The notes beneath the pieces are model-generated. The model searched no databases. It saw nothing but the letters and a program-made list of their open reading frames with translations, and was not told the DNA's origin. From a virus: a DNA stretch of 64,000 bases. The stretch's first letter is position 1, and every line of letters begins with the position of its first letter. Shown here piece after piece: positions 43,473-52,258 of this stretch. The stretch is from the IMG/VR virus record IMGVR_UViG_3300021405_000009, positions 1 to 64,000 of that record; one strand, given 5' to 3'. The translations under genes were made by a program, and so were the position numbers.

Positions 43473-43616
43473 ATGCAACGAATTGTCCGCAAACCAAAGT
43501 TCAACCCGCGCAACAGTGACGGTTCATTCAAGTCCATCGACCAGATCATGCGCGCAACCATGACCGTATTAGAATATGGGCGTATGCTTGCCCAGACTCG
43601 GAGGCCAGGGTATTAA
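43473..43616 (+). CDS. 47-aa early protein (not in ORF track)
   Basis: MQRIVRKPKFNPRNSDGSFKS...; GGGAG RBS after hairpin motif. Confidence 0.5.
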   Translation: MQRIVRKPKFNPRNSDGSFKSIDQIMRATMTVLEYGRMLAQTRRPGY

Positions 43617-43837
43617 TGCGCAAGCCCAAAGTGCCTGACTATGTGCCCCAGCAGTCCATACGCTGGCTGATGGGGCGAGTGCATGTCGGTACGCCTGATG
43701 CTGAGGTTGAGGCCGATATGCGTAAACGGTGCAGTAAGGCCACCGAAGAACAGGCGGCAGCTTGCGTGGAGTTTGCGCTGGCTTGCCACCATGAGAACCA
43801 AGGGCTGTACAGGTCTGTGATGTCTGGGAGGCTGTGA
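43616..43837 (+). CDS. Early hypothetical protein
   Basis: TAATG overlap; HVGTPDAEV motif. Confidence 0.65.
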   Translation: MRKPKVPDYVPQQSIRWLMGRVHVGTPDAEVEADMRKRCSKATEEQAAACVEFALACHHENQGLYRSVMSGRL

Positions 43838-43940
43838 TGTTATCCCAATTCCACGCTGCGCATCCAGTGCTCTACGCCATTGCACTGTGCTGCGTCTACG
43901 TCGAGGCCATGCTTATTTCGATGGCCATGAGGAGGTGACT

Positions 43941-44390
43941 GTGCCTAACTATGTGGTCAGCGAAGAACACGCCGCGAAGATAGCGGAATGGATTAAAGCG
44001 CGCGGCGGTATCGCCATCTGGGAGTCGATCAGCCTAAACTGTCCGGGCGAGTCGATGACTACGCCTGTCCGCAAAGCGGACGGAACTCCAACCACCAAGC
44101 CAGACTGGAAGCTGGGGAACACTCCAGCGCGGATCATTACCGACATGGCTGAGGTTACTGTGTCGCAGGATGTCGAGGTCAAGCGCTTTCATGTGGCCGT
44201 GCGTTTTGGAGCGCAGGGCCTAGCTCTCAAGGTCACCGATGGCGGCACACGCCGTATTCAGCGTGAGGTTGCCAAGGCAGGCGAGGGAGCGTATTACGTG
44301 TTTGACTATGGCAGCGAGGAGAATGCTGTCATCATGAAGCCAGCGAAGCTGATCCCGCTGACTGAGTGGCTAACCGCCGTGGGGCGTTAA
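43941..44390 (+). CDS. Early hypothetical protein
   Basis: GTG after GAGGAGG; WIKARGGIAIW. Confidence 0.7.
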   Translation: MPNYVVSEEHAAKIAEWIKARGGIAIWESISLNCPGESMTTPVRKADGTPTTKPDWKLGNTPARIITDMAEVTVSQDVEVKRFHVAVRFGAQGLALKVTDGGTRRIQREVAKAGEGAYYVFDYGSEENAVIMKPAKLIPLTEWLTAVGR

Positions 44391-44473
44391 ACCTGGGGGA
44401 TGTACAATGCAGAGCTTTATGGAATGGGTGCATGAATACCTTGCATCCAAAGACCGCCGTGGGGCGTTAAACC
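44373..44473 (+). repeat. 21-bp direct repeat ACCGCCGTGGGGCGTTAAACC
   Basis: Copies at 44373-44393 and 44453-44473. Confidence 0.85.
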
Positions 44474-44491
44474 ATGGGAGCACACCAGCCA

Positions 44492-44791
44492 ATGCCAATG
44501 ACGCTACAGCAAGCTGCCAAGGAAGCGATCGACTGTCAGAACGCAGCCAACCTGTCCGGAGTATTGGACAGCTTTCACCGGGTAGTGATGGAAGTGATCT
44601 GGCCCGAGGCCCGAAGGCAGGGTAAGGGCACAGACTTCGTGAATACCCACCCCGTTGTCTATCTGTTCCTCGACAAACTCACCAGCCTGAATCACAGGCA
44701 ATGCCTGTGCCACGACAACATGGACAATTACCACGAGGCGTACACTCAGGCGCAAGAGATGGCGGCCGAGATCTACTGCGACGCCAGTTAG
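44492..44791 (+). CDS. Early conserved phage protein
   Basis: AIDCQNAANLSGV..NTHPV..DKL. Confidence 0.7.
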   Translation: MPMTLQQAAKEAIDCQNAANLSGVLDSFHRVVMEVIWPEARRQGKGTDFVNTHPVVYLFLDKLTSLNHRQCLCHDNMDNYHEAYTQAQEMAAEIYCDAS

Positions 44792-44844
44792 CCGCGAGCA
44801 TGAGGCGTAGGGCACAGCCTATGCCGATTGCTGGAGGCTTAACT

Positions 44845-45213
44845 ATGCGATACGGCAAAACAGTACACGTGTCAAAACTACACGTTGGCGATGTGGTGCG
44901 CCCAGTTCGCGGGCCATCATTCCCAACGGCGTCCAAGGCTGGCGATGCGGATGACTTCCGCGAAGGCTACGATGCCATGGTTGTGGTCTTTGAGGACGAT
45001 AAGTACCTCACGTTCCACAGACCGCACATCGAAGTCTATCAGGACGGCATTCCCAGCGTGAATCACGTCACAGTCGGGGTTGAGATCGTGAACATGGTGC
45101 CCAGAGACCATACGGGGCTGTACTACGAAGTCCTTGCCTACGGCCCGGCTCACGTGGACGACAAGGGCCACCAAGTCAGCCACTGGCAAGTCAGCCACTG
45201 GGAGAAGGTGTAA
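44845..45213 (+). CDS. Early hypothetical protein
   Basis: GGAGG RBS; MRYGKTVHV. Confidence 0.65.
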   Translation: MRYGKTVHVSKLHVGDVVRPVRGPSFPTASKAGDADDFREGYDAMVVVFEDDKYLTFHRPHIEVYQDGIPSVNHVTVGVEIVNMVPRDHTGLYYEVLAYGPAHVDDKGHQVSHWQVSHWEKV

Positions 45214-45341
45214 GCTACCCTAGCCTTGACTGGCTAGGTGGATGCTGGGATAACGGAACTTATGGACCCGTGGGCTGTTATGAGCAGCCTGTCCCAGTGT
45301 CCACTTAGCTTGTCCGGTAAGCGGACAGGTGAGGAGGAGTT

Positions 45342-45542
45342 ATGGCACAGTTCGAGTGTCGTATCATCGAACGCCTAGTTCGCGTCTATCGGGTTGAGGC
45401 CAAAGACGCGGATGAGGCGGATATGTTATTGCAGATCGGAGACAGTCGGTTGTATCAGGTCGATAGCTTTCCGATTGACTCCGAAGACGGCGAAGCATGG
45501 CACGAAGTGGCTGGGGAGTACGGGGAGGCGCAATGCCTGTAG
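45342..45542 (+). CDS. Early hypothetical protein
   Basis: GAGGAGG RBS; YRVEAKDADEA. Confidence 0.65.
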   Translation: MAQFECRIIERLVRVYRVEAKDADEADMLLQIGDSRLYQVDSFPIDSEDGEAWHEVAGEYGEAQCL

Positions 45543-45781
45543 TGATCGAGCGTGACCACATTGCAGGTGCGCGACTACTGACGCTGAGGTCTGCGTTTGG
45601 ATTAGAGCTGAAAGGCATGTCCAGACGCGGGCGCTCGGTGTACAGCATCGTGAAGCGGGAGTTTGGGCTTCGCGGGAATCAACAGCGGGTATACGACCAG
45701 TTCGATACGCTCGTTACTGAGCGGACAGGAGTGGCGCGTCATGGCGAACCAACTGGACCACGCCCAGCTCTACGCCCTTGA
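45533..45781 (+). CDS. Early conserved phage protein
   Basis: LELKGMSRRGRSVYSIVKREFGLRG. Confidence 0.65.
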   Translation: MPVVIERDHIAGARLLTLRSAFGLELKGMSRRGRSVYSIVKREFGLRGNQQRVYDQFDTLVTERTGVARHGEPTGPRPALRP

Positions 45782-46142
45782 AGTGTATGCGCGTGAGCAT
45801 GGGCGCAACTGGAAGTCTAAGCTCAACCTCGACTGGATGACTGGCGGCACTACTGGAACACTCCAGCAGATACGCAATTCATTCGGCCCAACCTGGCTCA
45901 CGCGATTCAATCTCAAGCGCGAGCTGGCGTCAGACTGGTATCGGCGCGTATCCTGCGACCAATGCCAGATGCTGGCCATTAATGGGGTAGCCTGTCACGA
46001 GACAGGTTGCCCAAACATGGGCGCGCGATGGGATCGGGAGAATCAGGTCTGGGTGAAACAGCGCAAATGCTTCGACTGTGGCTATATGGTCGATCTGGAT
46101 GACATGTGCTGCTCTGCGCCCATGGAGGGAGAGGACGAGTAG
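45741..46142 (+). CDS. Two-domain early protein (helical domain plus Cys-rich Zn domain)
   Basis: HGRNWKSKL..LQQIRNSFGPTWL fused to CDQC..INGVACHETGCP. Confidence 0.7.
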   Translation: MANQLDHAQLYALEVYAREHGRNWKSKLNLDWMTGGTTGTLQQIRNSFGPTWLTRFNLKRELASDWYRRVSCDQCQMLAINGVACHETGCPNMGARWDRENQVWVKQRKCFDCGYMVDLDDMCCSAPMEGEDE

Positions 46143-46345
46143 CAGAAGGGATTGCAGTATTCTTCGGGATGGCCCTTGTCCAGCAAGCACGCCAGTATCC
46201 CCTCGGGCGTAGGGCAAGGCTTCCCGCATTTAGTGGTCCAGATAATCATGAGAGGACGGGAGTTGAGATAACGCGCGGCATTAAAGCGCGTCGATGCCAA
46301 GGTACTACAGCCGGGCCGCAATGCCCCTAAACTAGGAGGAGAGAA

Positions 46346-46558
46346 ATGAAGCGAGCAGGCAAGCCTGAGATCATCAACGCGGCTGCGAATGTTGTGGAAG
46401 CGCAGATCGCCGTTGACCATGCGGAGAAAGCTGGCGACGATGCCAAGCGCTATCGCGATGCACTGGCAAGTTGCGTTTACAGCTTGCGGTGGCTGATAGA
46501 GCGCGACAGGCCGGAGATTACAGCACGCTTCCGCAGTGCCGAGGCCGTAACCAAGTAG
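46346..46558 (+). CDS. Early hypothetical protein
   Basis: AGGAGG RBS. Confidence 0.6.
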   Translation: MKRAGKPEIINAAANVVEAQIAVDHAEKAGDDAKRYRDALASCVYSLRWLIERDRPEITARFRSAEAVTK

Positions 46559-46634
46559 CGCGGCAGTCCTGCCTTACTCGCTAATACAGGAGCTGGGCAG
46601 GGTCAGCCGTACTAATGGCTGGGAAGGAGTAATC

Positions 46635-47198
46635 ATGTCCGAGTACACGGAGCAAGCGGAGGAATTCATGCGCAAGCATGAGCTAACATTCCGCGTCGTT
46701 CACATCGGCAGCGATTGCCCGACGTTCTGTGAAGATAGGGTCAAGGGAATTGCGATGGACAAGCTCGACGAGTTCCCGCGCAAGTCCCACATTCATGGCC
46801 ATCACTATCTTTGCACGATTAGCGGGAAGGAGCGGAGTGCATTCCAGATTGACTTCTGGAATAGCTATGCCGACGAGTTCCACAACTGGGCACTCAAGCA
46901 TCGCATAGCAGCGATGCCGTGGGCTACAACCATCTCCAGCATGTCCTATAAGCTACAGGACATGATTAAGGCGGAGCTGAAGAAGGGCAAGCAGCGCTCC
47001 GAGCCCACTCCCTACGATGTCCTGGCTTGCATCACAAAAAGCGAGCCGGGTAGCTTTGAAGAGTTTTGCGGAGAGTTCGGCTACGATACCGATTCCCGCA
47101 AAGCCGAACAGGTCTATCTTGCCGTGCAGGCCGAGTGGTCGAAGGTCCGCAGGTTCTTCACGGCGGAAGAGATCACCGAGATGCAGGAGATCTCATGA
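46635..47198 (+). CDS. Early conserved phage protein
   Basis: PTPYDVLAC..SFEEFCGEFGYDTDSRKA. Confidence 0.75.
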   Translation: MSEYTEQAEEFMRKHELTFRVVHIGSDCPTFCEDRVKGIAMDKLDEFPRKSHIHGHHYLCTISGKERSAFQIDFWNSYADEFHNWALKHRIAAMPWATTISSMSYKLQDMIKAELKKGKQRSEPTPYDVLACITKSEPGSFEEFCGEFGYDTDSRKAEQVYLAVQAEWSKVRRFFTAEEITEMQEIS

Positions 47199-47392
47199 AG
47201 TTGAAGCTGGTCATCACGATGGACAACGCAGCCTTCGAGCCTAACAACGGCGTAGAGGTTGCTCGCATCTTACGCCAACTCGCCGACCAAGAGGAAGGTA
47301 ACCAACTGTCGCCCGGCGATAAGTGGAAGTTGCGCGACATCAACGGCAACACAGTCGGCGAAGCTGTTATTCGTCAAAGCCGCCGGAGGTAG
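47195..47392 (+). CDS. Early conserved phage protein
   Basis: DNAAF..EVARILR..LRDINGNTVG. Confidence 0.7.
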   Translation: MKLKLVITMDNAAFEPNNGVEVARILRQLADQEEGNQLSPGDKWKLRDINGNTVGEAVIRQSRRR

Positions 47393-47394
47393 CA

Positions 47395-47622
47395 TTGAAA
47401 ACAGTAACGATCAGCGAGCGGAGTAAGCACAAACTACTCCACATCGAAGCACCGGGCTGCATTGTCAACATCACAGTTGGGCTAACTGACAGTAGCCATC
47501 ACGCTATAACTGCGGTCCACATCAAATGCGATGAGTCAGGCGAAGAATCGAGTCGCTTGCCTGACTTTGGCGACACAACCCATCTCGGCGTCCGCGTGAG
47601 AATGCTGAAGCCGCGACAGTAA
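47395..47622 (+). CDS. Early hypothetical protein
   Basis: TTG after GGAGG; LHIEAPGCIVNI. Confidence 0.6.
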   Translation: MKTVTISERSKHKLLHIEAPGCIVNITVGLTDSSHHAITAVHIKCDESGEESSRLPDFGDTTHLGVRVRMLKPRQ

Positions 47623-47663
47623 ACCCACTAACCGTGCATGGCACGTTAAACAGGAGAGCGCCT

Positions 47664-48521
47664 ATGGAGAATGCGAAGCCAAGGTGCCCGTATCTCGCGA
47701 TCAACATCCCCGGTGAGCGTCCCTTTGTGGTCGAACGACGGTTGTACGAATCGGCCACGCGGGGCATTCACATCGTGGACACCACGCTCACCAAAGAGCT
47801 GGTGAAGGATCATGGCGAAATATGGGTGCTGACCGTGAAGCACGACAGCGGCAGGGTGCGCGGAACACTCAAGTTCTACAGCCTGCTGCAAACCAAGTTC
47901 AAGGGTACCTACTGGATATTCAAGCGCGACTTGGCCGATTGGGCCGCGCGCGCGTTCAAAAAGAAGTGCGCCAGTGTGGCTGGTCCGCCAAGCAAACACG
48001 CGAAGCAGATTGCCCGGCTGGAACGTGAGCTGGCAAAGCTGTATGCTCATCAGCCAAAGAATCCACTGCTGCGGGAGCCCAGCGTGTACCACATGGGCCG
48101 CGAGTATACCGAGCGATGGTACGGTGATCGAAGCCAGCGAATGCAGTTGGCTCTAATCGGTGGCTGGGTTCTAAAGGGAGTGATTACGCCTGTTAAGGCG
48201 TATGAGCTTCTGGAAGAGGCTGGCTACAGCGTGCGGCGATTCAGTAAAGTCACGCCCAACACGCGCAGGCACTACGATGTCCACTTCGACGTGGACTATT
48301 GGAAGAAGCTGTACTGTTTTGCGTCGGGGCTGGAGGACAGGCGCAGAACGTTTGTAGATACGCCGTTGCCGCAACAGCTCACCGAGCACCGTGAGCACCT
48401 GATCCAGTTCATCGAGAAGAGACGAGAGATTGTCTCCATCGAGAACCAGATCGCATCGATCAAACTGTTGGCCGAAGCTGTTGTACCAGCGGCTAACGAG
48501 ACTGGGGTGGTGTACGCATGA
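47664..48521 (+). CDS. Early hypothetical protein
   Basis: AGGAG RBS after hairpin motif; 285 aa. Confidence 0.7.
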   Translation: MENAKPRCPYLAINIPGERPFVVERRLYESATRGIHIVDTTLTKELVKDHGEIWVLTVKHDSGRVRGTLKFYSLLQTKFKGTYWIFKRDLADWAARAFKKKCASVAGPPSKHAKQIARLERELAKLYAHQPKNPLLREPSVYHMGREYTERWYGDRSQRMQLALIGGWVLKGVITPVKAYELLEEAGYSVRRFSKVTPNTRRHYDVHFDVDYWKKLYCFASGLEDRRRTFVDTPLPQQLTEHREHLIQFIEKRREIVSIENQIASIKLLAEAVVPAANETGVVYA

Positions 48522-48763
48522 AGCCGGACAAGGTCAAGATCACAGTGCAGGTACTAAACGGTGCCACGGGCGAAGTACGCGAAGTGGTTGCCAATGTCAC
48601 AGCCGTCAGCGAGCAGCACGCGGTTAACGTGTTGTTTGCTCGGGCGCGGCGTGACGATTACTACTACCGCTTTCTCGCATCGTCCGGCATCATCGGCCCA
48701 CAACATGAGCACGCAAAGGCCGTGGAGCATGAGTCGATGACGTATTGGGCGCTGGAAGGCTAG
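48518..48763 (+). CDS. Early hypothetical protein
   Basis: ATGA overlap. Confidence 0.6.
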   Translation: MKPDKVKITVQVLNGATGEVREVVANVTAVSEQHAVNVLFARARRDDYYYRFLASSGIIGPQHEHAKAVEHESMTYWALEG

Positions 48764-48771
48764 GGGGTTAA

Positions 48772-49224
48772 GTGGAGGATAAAGTCACCACGATCACCGT
48801 CACGCCAAACTACGAGGCGATCTTCGAGCAGTTCAGGCGAGATGCACAGCTTCACCTGAACTCCTTCACCTACAACCAGAAGAAAACTTTCACGCGCAGC
48901 GAGGTCTATGCATTCGTAGCCGCAATGCGTATTGCACTCGGAGCGGCTACCACCATCCCGAACATCGAAGCATTACGCACGGTGTTGGACGATGGCGGGG
49001 AGAAGATGTTCGCCGTGCTGCAGGAGGAGCAAGAGCCAGTCGAGACGGTCTGCGTTGTCTGCAACGAAACCAACCTGCTAGAGCATGGGGAAGACCTGAA
49101 GACTCGCGTCTGCGATGACTGCAAGCGCGTGGGTTCGGTCATGCTCATGTCCGAGTACAACCTGCTCCCTGTGGCAGAGCTGGAGCCATTGCGAAGGAGG
49201 ACGATTGAGCAGAACAAGCGCTGA
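48772..49224 (+). CDS. Early protein with C-terminal Zn finger
   Basis: CVVC..CDDC. Confidence 0.6.
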   Translation: MEDKVTTITVTPNYEAIFEQFRRDAQLHLNSFTYNQKKTFTRSEVYAFVAAMRIALGAATTIPNIEALRTVLDDGGEKMFAVLQEEQEPVETVCVVCNETNLLEHGEDLKTRVCDDCKRVGSVMLMSEYNLLPVAELEPLRRRTIEQNKR

Positions 49225-49384
49225 CGTGTACTTAGGCGGTCGCCTAATCGACGGCTACGACTACGCGAATCAGGCATGGGTCGTAGACGGGAAGTATGTG
49301 CGCTGCGGGCATCCGGAGTCGATGGCTTGCGGATGCTATGGGCGCGTTCATGCCGGAGAGGAGACTCGTGCCAGTGCGGGATAG
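49205..49384 (+). CDS. Small Cys/His protein
   Basis: TTG after AAGGAGG; GYDY..QAWV..CGHP..CGCYG. Confidence 0.6.
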   Translation: MSRTSADVYLGGRLIDGYDYANQAWVVDGKYVRCGHPESMACGCYGRVHAGEETRASAG

Positions 49385-49653
49385 AAAGTGGTATCTCGTT
49401 GGGTATGGCGGTATCGGATGCGGCCATTACCACAAATCAGCAAGCACAGCACGGCGGTGCTTGCTGCGCTTCCGCGCGTGCGTTAGCGACCGAATGCGGA
49501 GATATTGGGGCGTCTACGCGATGTCGCGCAAAGGCGGCAAGTTGCATCATGTTAGGCTGAAAACTGCATCACGCAAACCTTGAGCACTCATCCAGCGCAC
49601 TGGCCAAGCAGTGCTCTGGAGTGGCTGCTCCACAGCCAGAAAGGAGGACCTAA

Positions 49654-49824
49654 ATGAAGGCTAGCGATGTAGTCTACAAGCTACAGCGCATGATTAAAGC
49701 TCACGGTGACTTGGCGGTCGAGGTTGAGACCGATCAGGCCATTGTGCCCGCACAAGGGATTCGTCTGATGCGTTCCGATTCGGAGCGCGGGGATACCATC
49801 ATCATCAGGGGAGGCCAACAGTGA
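49654..49824 (+). CDS. 56-aa early protein (not in ORF track)
   Basis: MKASDVVYKLQRMIKAHGDLAV; AAGGAGG RBS. Confidence 0.65.
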   Translation: MKASDVVYKLQRMIKAHGDLAVEVETDQAIVPAQGIRLMRSDSERGDTIIIRGGQQ

Positions 49825-50420
49825 AAAAGAAAACTAAGGCGCGTATTAAAGCGCAACCAAAACCTGCCACGGTCACCGTCACGCTGTCATCGAATGACTT
49901 CGGTCAGATGATGGACGGACTACGCGAGCGGCAGACCGCGTGGAGGATCACTGCCGAACACTGGCGCGGCGAGGAAGATCATGCCGAGGCCATGGAGTAC
50001 GGGATACAAGAATGCTCAGGCGAAGACGAGGCCCAGAAGATCGCGGATCATTACCAGAAGCTGATCGCCGATCTGGAAGGGCAGCAGAAATGGCGCGGCG
50101 ACTTCGATCTGCTCGAAAACGTTGCCGCCATCTCCGCCGAACTATGGGGTGGAGATACCAAGCGCAACTTCTACGTCCGCTTCGGCGCGGAGCTGAGCGG
50201 ATTCCCCGGCGTGTGGGCGTATTCCGTTCAAGCGGCGCGCGCTTTCACGAAGGCGGAGGAACGATTCGCGAAGGAGATCGGCAGGAAGCCGGAACACTCC
50301 TACGAATATCTCGACGCGATCCTTCACTTTGCCGAATGGCTGGCCACAGCGGAGACGCTGCCAACCACTGCCGAGCTTGAGGCGAAGGCATGGGGAGCAT
50401 TACTGGCAGCGCGCAACTGA
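49821..50420 (+). CDS. Early hypothetical protein
   Basis: GTGA overlap. Confidence 0.65.
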   Translation: MKKKTKARIKAQPKPATVTVTLSSNDFGQMMDGLRERQTAWRITAEHWRGEEDHAEAMEYGIQECSGEDEAQKIADHYQKLIADLEGQQKWRGDFDLLENVAAISAELWGGDTKRNFYVRFGAELSGFPGVWAYSVQAARAFTKAEERFAKEIGRKPEHSYEYLDAILHFAEWLATAETLPTTAELEAKAWGALLAARN

Positions 50421-50438
50421 AGCCAGAAGGGAGAAGAA

Positions 50439-50861
50439 ATGACGGAGAGCCAGGAACAAACCATTCAGATGCTCAAGTGGTTCCGCGACTGCCACGCCAA
50501 CAACGGCGTACCGCAGAGCTGGTTCTATAAGGGGCCAGCGGACCTGTTGCTGCGCGAGGGCAAATGGTACGACGAGGGCCATGTGATTGACTGGAAGCGC
50601 AGCGTACCGCAAGCATGTTTCCGCAACGCGGCTCTGTACGCCATGCTGCACCGCCTGCCTTACATCGAAGGCTACGCGACCGGCATTATTCCAGTGCATC
50701 ATGCGTGGTGCCTCGACGCCGTGGGCCGCGTGTGCGAGGTCACATGGAAGGAGTTGGGCACCGATTACTTCGGCGTTGCGTTCAAGCCGAATCTGGTCAC
50801 GCGCGGCGCTGTGCTGTTCAATGAACAGGATTGCTCGGTATATACGCGAAAAGTGCGGTAA
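50439..50861 (+). CDS. Papain/transglutaminase-fold protein
   Basis: QACFRNA, YIEGYA, HHAW and EVTW motifs (Cys-His-acid triad). Confidence 0.6.
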   Translation: MTESQEQTIQMLKWFRDCHANNGVPQSWFYKGPADLLLREGKWYDEGHVIDWKRSVPQACFRNAALYAMLHRLPYIEGYATGIIPVHHAWCLDAVGRVCEVTWKELGTDYFGVAFKPNLVTRGAVLFNEQDCSVYTRKVR

Positions 50862-50899
50862 AATCCGTCCGTTAACCGGACGTTAAACTGGAGAACCGA

Positions 50900-51211
50900 A
50901 TGCCCGTTGAAATCACGTGCGAGTCGCCGAAGGGTGGCGCTGCGAAGCTGGGGAAGGATGTGACTGTGAGCTACGCCGTAGCTTCGGTCGCCGAATACCC
51001 AGCCTCTGAGCTTTTCTACGCCTGGGTCAAACTGCCCAACGGAAAGACTGTATCGCTGTTCGTCAACCGCGAGACTGGGCTGGTCGTGGTGGACGTTGTC
51101 CGCAAAGATGAGCGCGGGGGGAACGAGATCCTGCGCACAACCGTGGACAGGGTAGTCATGCCAACCAAGCGCCAGCTCGACGCAGCGGAGGTTGTGGACC
51201 CTACCTCGTGA
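50900..51211 (+). CDS. Early hypothetical protein
   Basis: GGAG RBS after hairpin motif. Confidence 0.65.
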   Translation: MPVEITCESPKGGAAKLGKDVTVSYAVASVAEYPASELFYAWVKLPNGKTVSLFVNRETGLVVVDVVRKDERGGNEILRTTVDRVVMPTKRQLDAAEVVDPTS

Positions 51212-51600
51212 CCCTCGCTGAATTCATCGCGGCGCACACTCTGGGGTTCACCTGTGAAAGGGTGAGTCCCAGGCTGTGGCGTTGCCGCATCACGTGCGGG
51301 GTTACCAAAGAGGCGGAGCGCGGGATGAGTTTCTTTCATCTCAGCTCCACCGAGCCCACCTTGGCCGATGCGCTCAGCCGTCTGGCGAAGGTGTCTCACC
51401 AGCACGTGGCCACGAAGCTGCCAACCGGACTGGCTGCCAGTCGGGATAAGGCGTCATTCCAACACTGGTGCGTGCTGTACGATCACGATCCCGAGTCGCG
51501 TAAAGATCGGGCGCACTATCTCACTATCCGGCGACGCGCCGAGCAGCTTAGGTATGTGCTCGGTACTGCCGCGTTCAAACAATTACTGGAGGTCGCGTGA
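51208..51600 (+). CDS. Paralog of 46635-47198
   Basis: PTLADAL..SFQHWC..YDHDPESRK. Confidence 0.6.
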   Translation: MTLAEFIAAHTLGFTCERVSPRLWRCRITCGVTKEAERGMSFFHLSSTEPTLADALSRLAKVSHQHVATKLPTGLAASRDKASFQHWCVLYDHDPESRKDRAHYLTIRRRAEQLRYVLGTAAFKQLLEVA

Positions 51601-51893
51601 CGGCGCTAAAGCGAACCCGAACCTGTAAGCGTTGCAAGCGCGAGATGGATAAGCACCACTACTTCTACTCGCCGACTGACGACGTTTGCATCGAATGCGG
51701 TCCTGATGTCAACTTCCTTAAACAGTCAAAGAGGCTGGCCCGAGAGCACGGTACTGGTGCGCTCGAAGCCAAGTTCCTCGACTACATCCGCCGCGCACGA
51801 TTAGTGCGCGAGGTCATGCGCGGCCTTAGAAGGGAGGCTAAAGACGGATCATCCACACCCAGACAAACGACACGTCGTCCGCCAAGTGCGTAG
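51597..51893 (+). CDS. Zn-finger hypothetical protein
   Basis: CKRC..CIEC. Confidence 0.55.
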   Translation: MTALKRTRTCKRCKREMDKHHYFYSPTDDVCIECGPDVNFLKQSKRLAREHGTGALEAKFLDYIRRARLVREVMRGLRREAKDGSSTPRQTTRRPPSA

Positions 51894-52258
51894 ATACCTA
51901 CTGGCGGCGAAGATGCGGTTTAGCTCTGACAAACTGCCACAGCCGGGCGGGAAACGAATCCCAAGACGTGGGGCTAGAAGTCTCGTGCATTACAGGGATC
52001 TCATAGCCACATACCAGACGGCCAAGCGGCAGTTGCTGACCGAGAAAGGGGGGAACAGTTGAGACTACTGAAGATGATCGGTCGCTGGGCGAAGTGGCTC
52101 TATGAGGAGACCTTCAACACTAGCGAAGCCAAGCGCCGCGACTTCGAGCGGCGAAGGAATCAAACCCCGCTGTAGAGTGCGATGCGCATCGCGTCCGGTC
52201 CATTTAGAAAAAGTAGTACACAATTTCTTAATGGCCTTGGCGCGGTGCGGAGTGCGCT

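Noticed and set aside
44373-44473. Mini CRISPR array
   Set aside because: Only two 21-bp copies with a 59-nt gap, no cas genes, and the unit belongs to the dispersed start-associated motif
47632-47656. Pistol ribozyme (stem followed by UUAAA)
   Set aside because: Loops are too short or have no downstream pseudoknot partner, and there is no P2/P3 domain
51838-52062. Possible frameshifted gene (..RQVRRYLLAAKMRFSS / ..WARSLVHYRDLIATYQTAKRQLL)
   Set aside because: No clear start or slippery site; cannot be supported without homologs
52100-52200. tRNA-like element or second UGA read-through on the minus strand (GGUUUGAUUCC; MRIALYSGV-UGA)
   Set aside because: No cloverleaf; hairpin too close to the UGA and read-through peptide not protein-like
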